NCBI RefSeq assembly: GCF_006345805.1
Contig: NC_043013.1
Location: 57,226,001-57,290,000 of the forward strand
DNA from: Octopus sinensis
Lineage: Eukaryota
Reading direction: 5' to 3'
Length of the DNA: 64,000 nt
The notes below the pieces were generated by a model, which had not been told where the DNA came from, did no database searches, and saw only the letters and a program-made list of their open reading frames with translations. Positions 63,993 to 64,000 of the stretch are shown piece by piece; position 1 is the stretch's first letter, and each line of letters begins with the position of its first letter. Made by a program: the position numbers and the translations under genes.

Positions 63993-64000
63993 AAGGGTGA

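Overview
AT-rich, microsatellite-laden eukaryotic DNA. The SINE families and repeat landscape suggest an octopus or other coleoid cephalopod (inference). I found no confident host gene, tRNA/rRNA gene or CRISPR array, and nearly all ORFs in the supplied track are artefacts of microsatellites or SINEs. The window is a mosaic of decayed mobile elements: a full-length defective R4/Dong LINE stacked with other elements in (TAA)n arrays (16.9-23.0 kb), a 5'-truncated Penelope-like element with GIY-YIG (49.75-51.6 kb), one Tc1, four mariner, one Merlin, one Gypsy and two RTE remnants, and about 20 tRNA-derived SINE copies. The main signal absent from the ORF track is a set of hammerhead ribozymes from at least four unrelated families. 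Four copies have an intact CUGANGA/GAAA/NUH core (11.6, 29.4, 36.35 and 49.8 kb). Two sit in non-coding foldback elements with 138-256 bp inverted arms between (TA)n tracts, resembling retrozymes or Penelope pseudo-LTR derivatives. All alignments and folds were done by eye. Boundaries are approximate unless a TSD or TIR is cited, and no cleavage activity or novelty has been tested.
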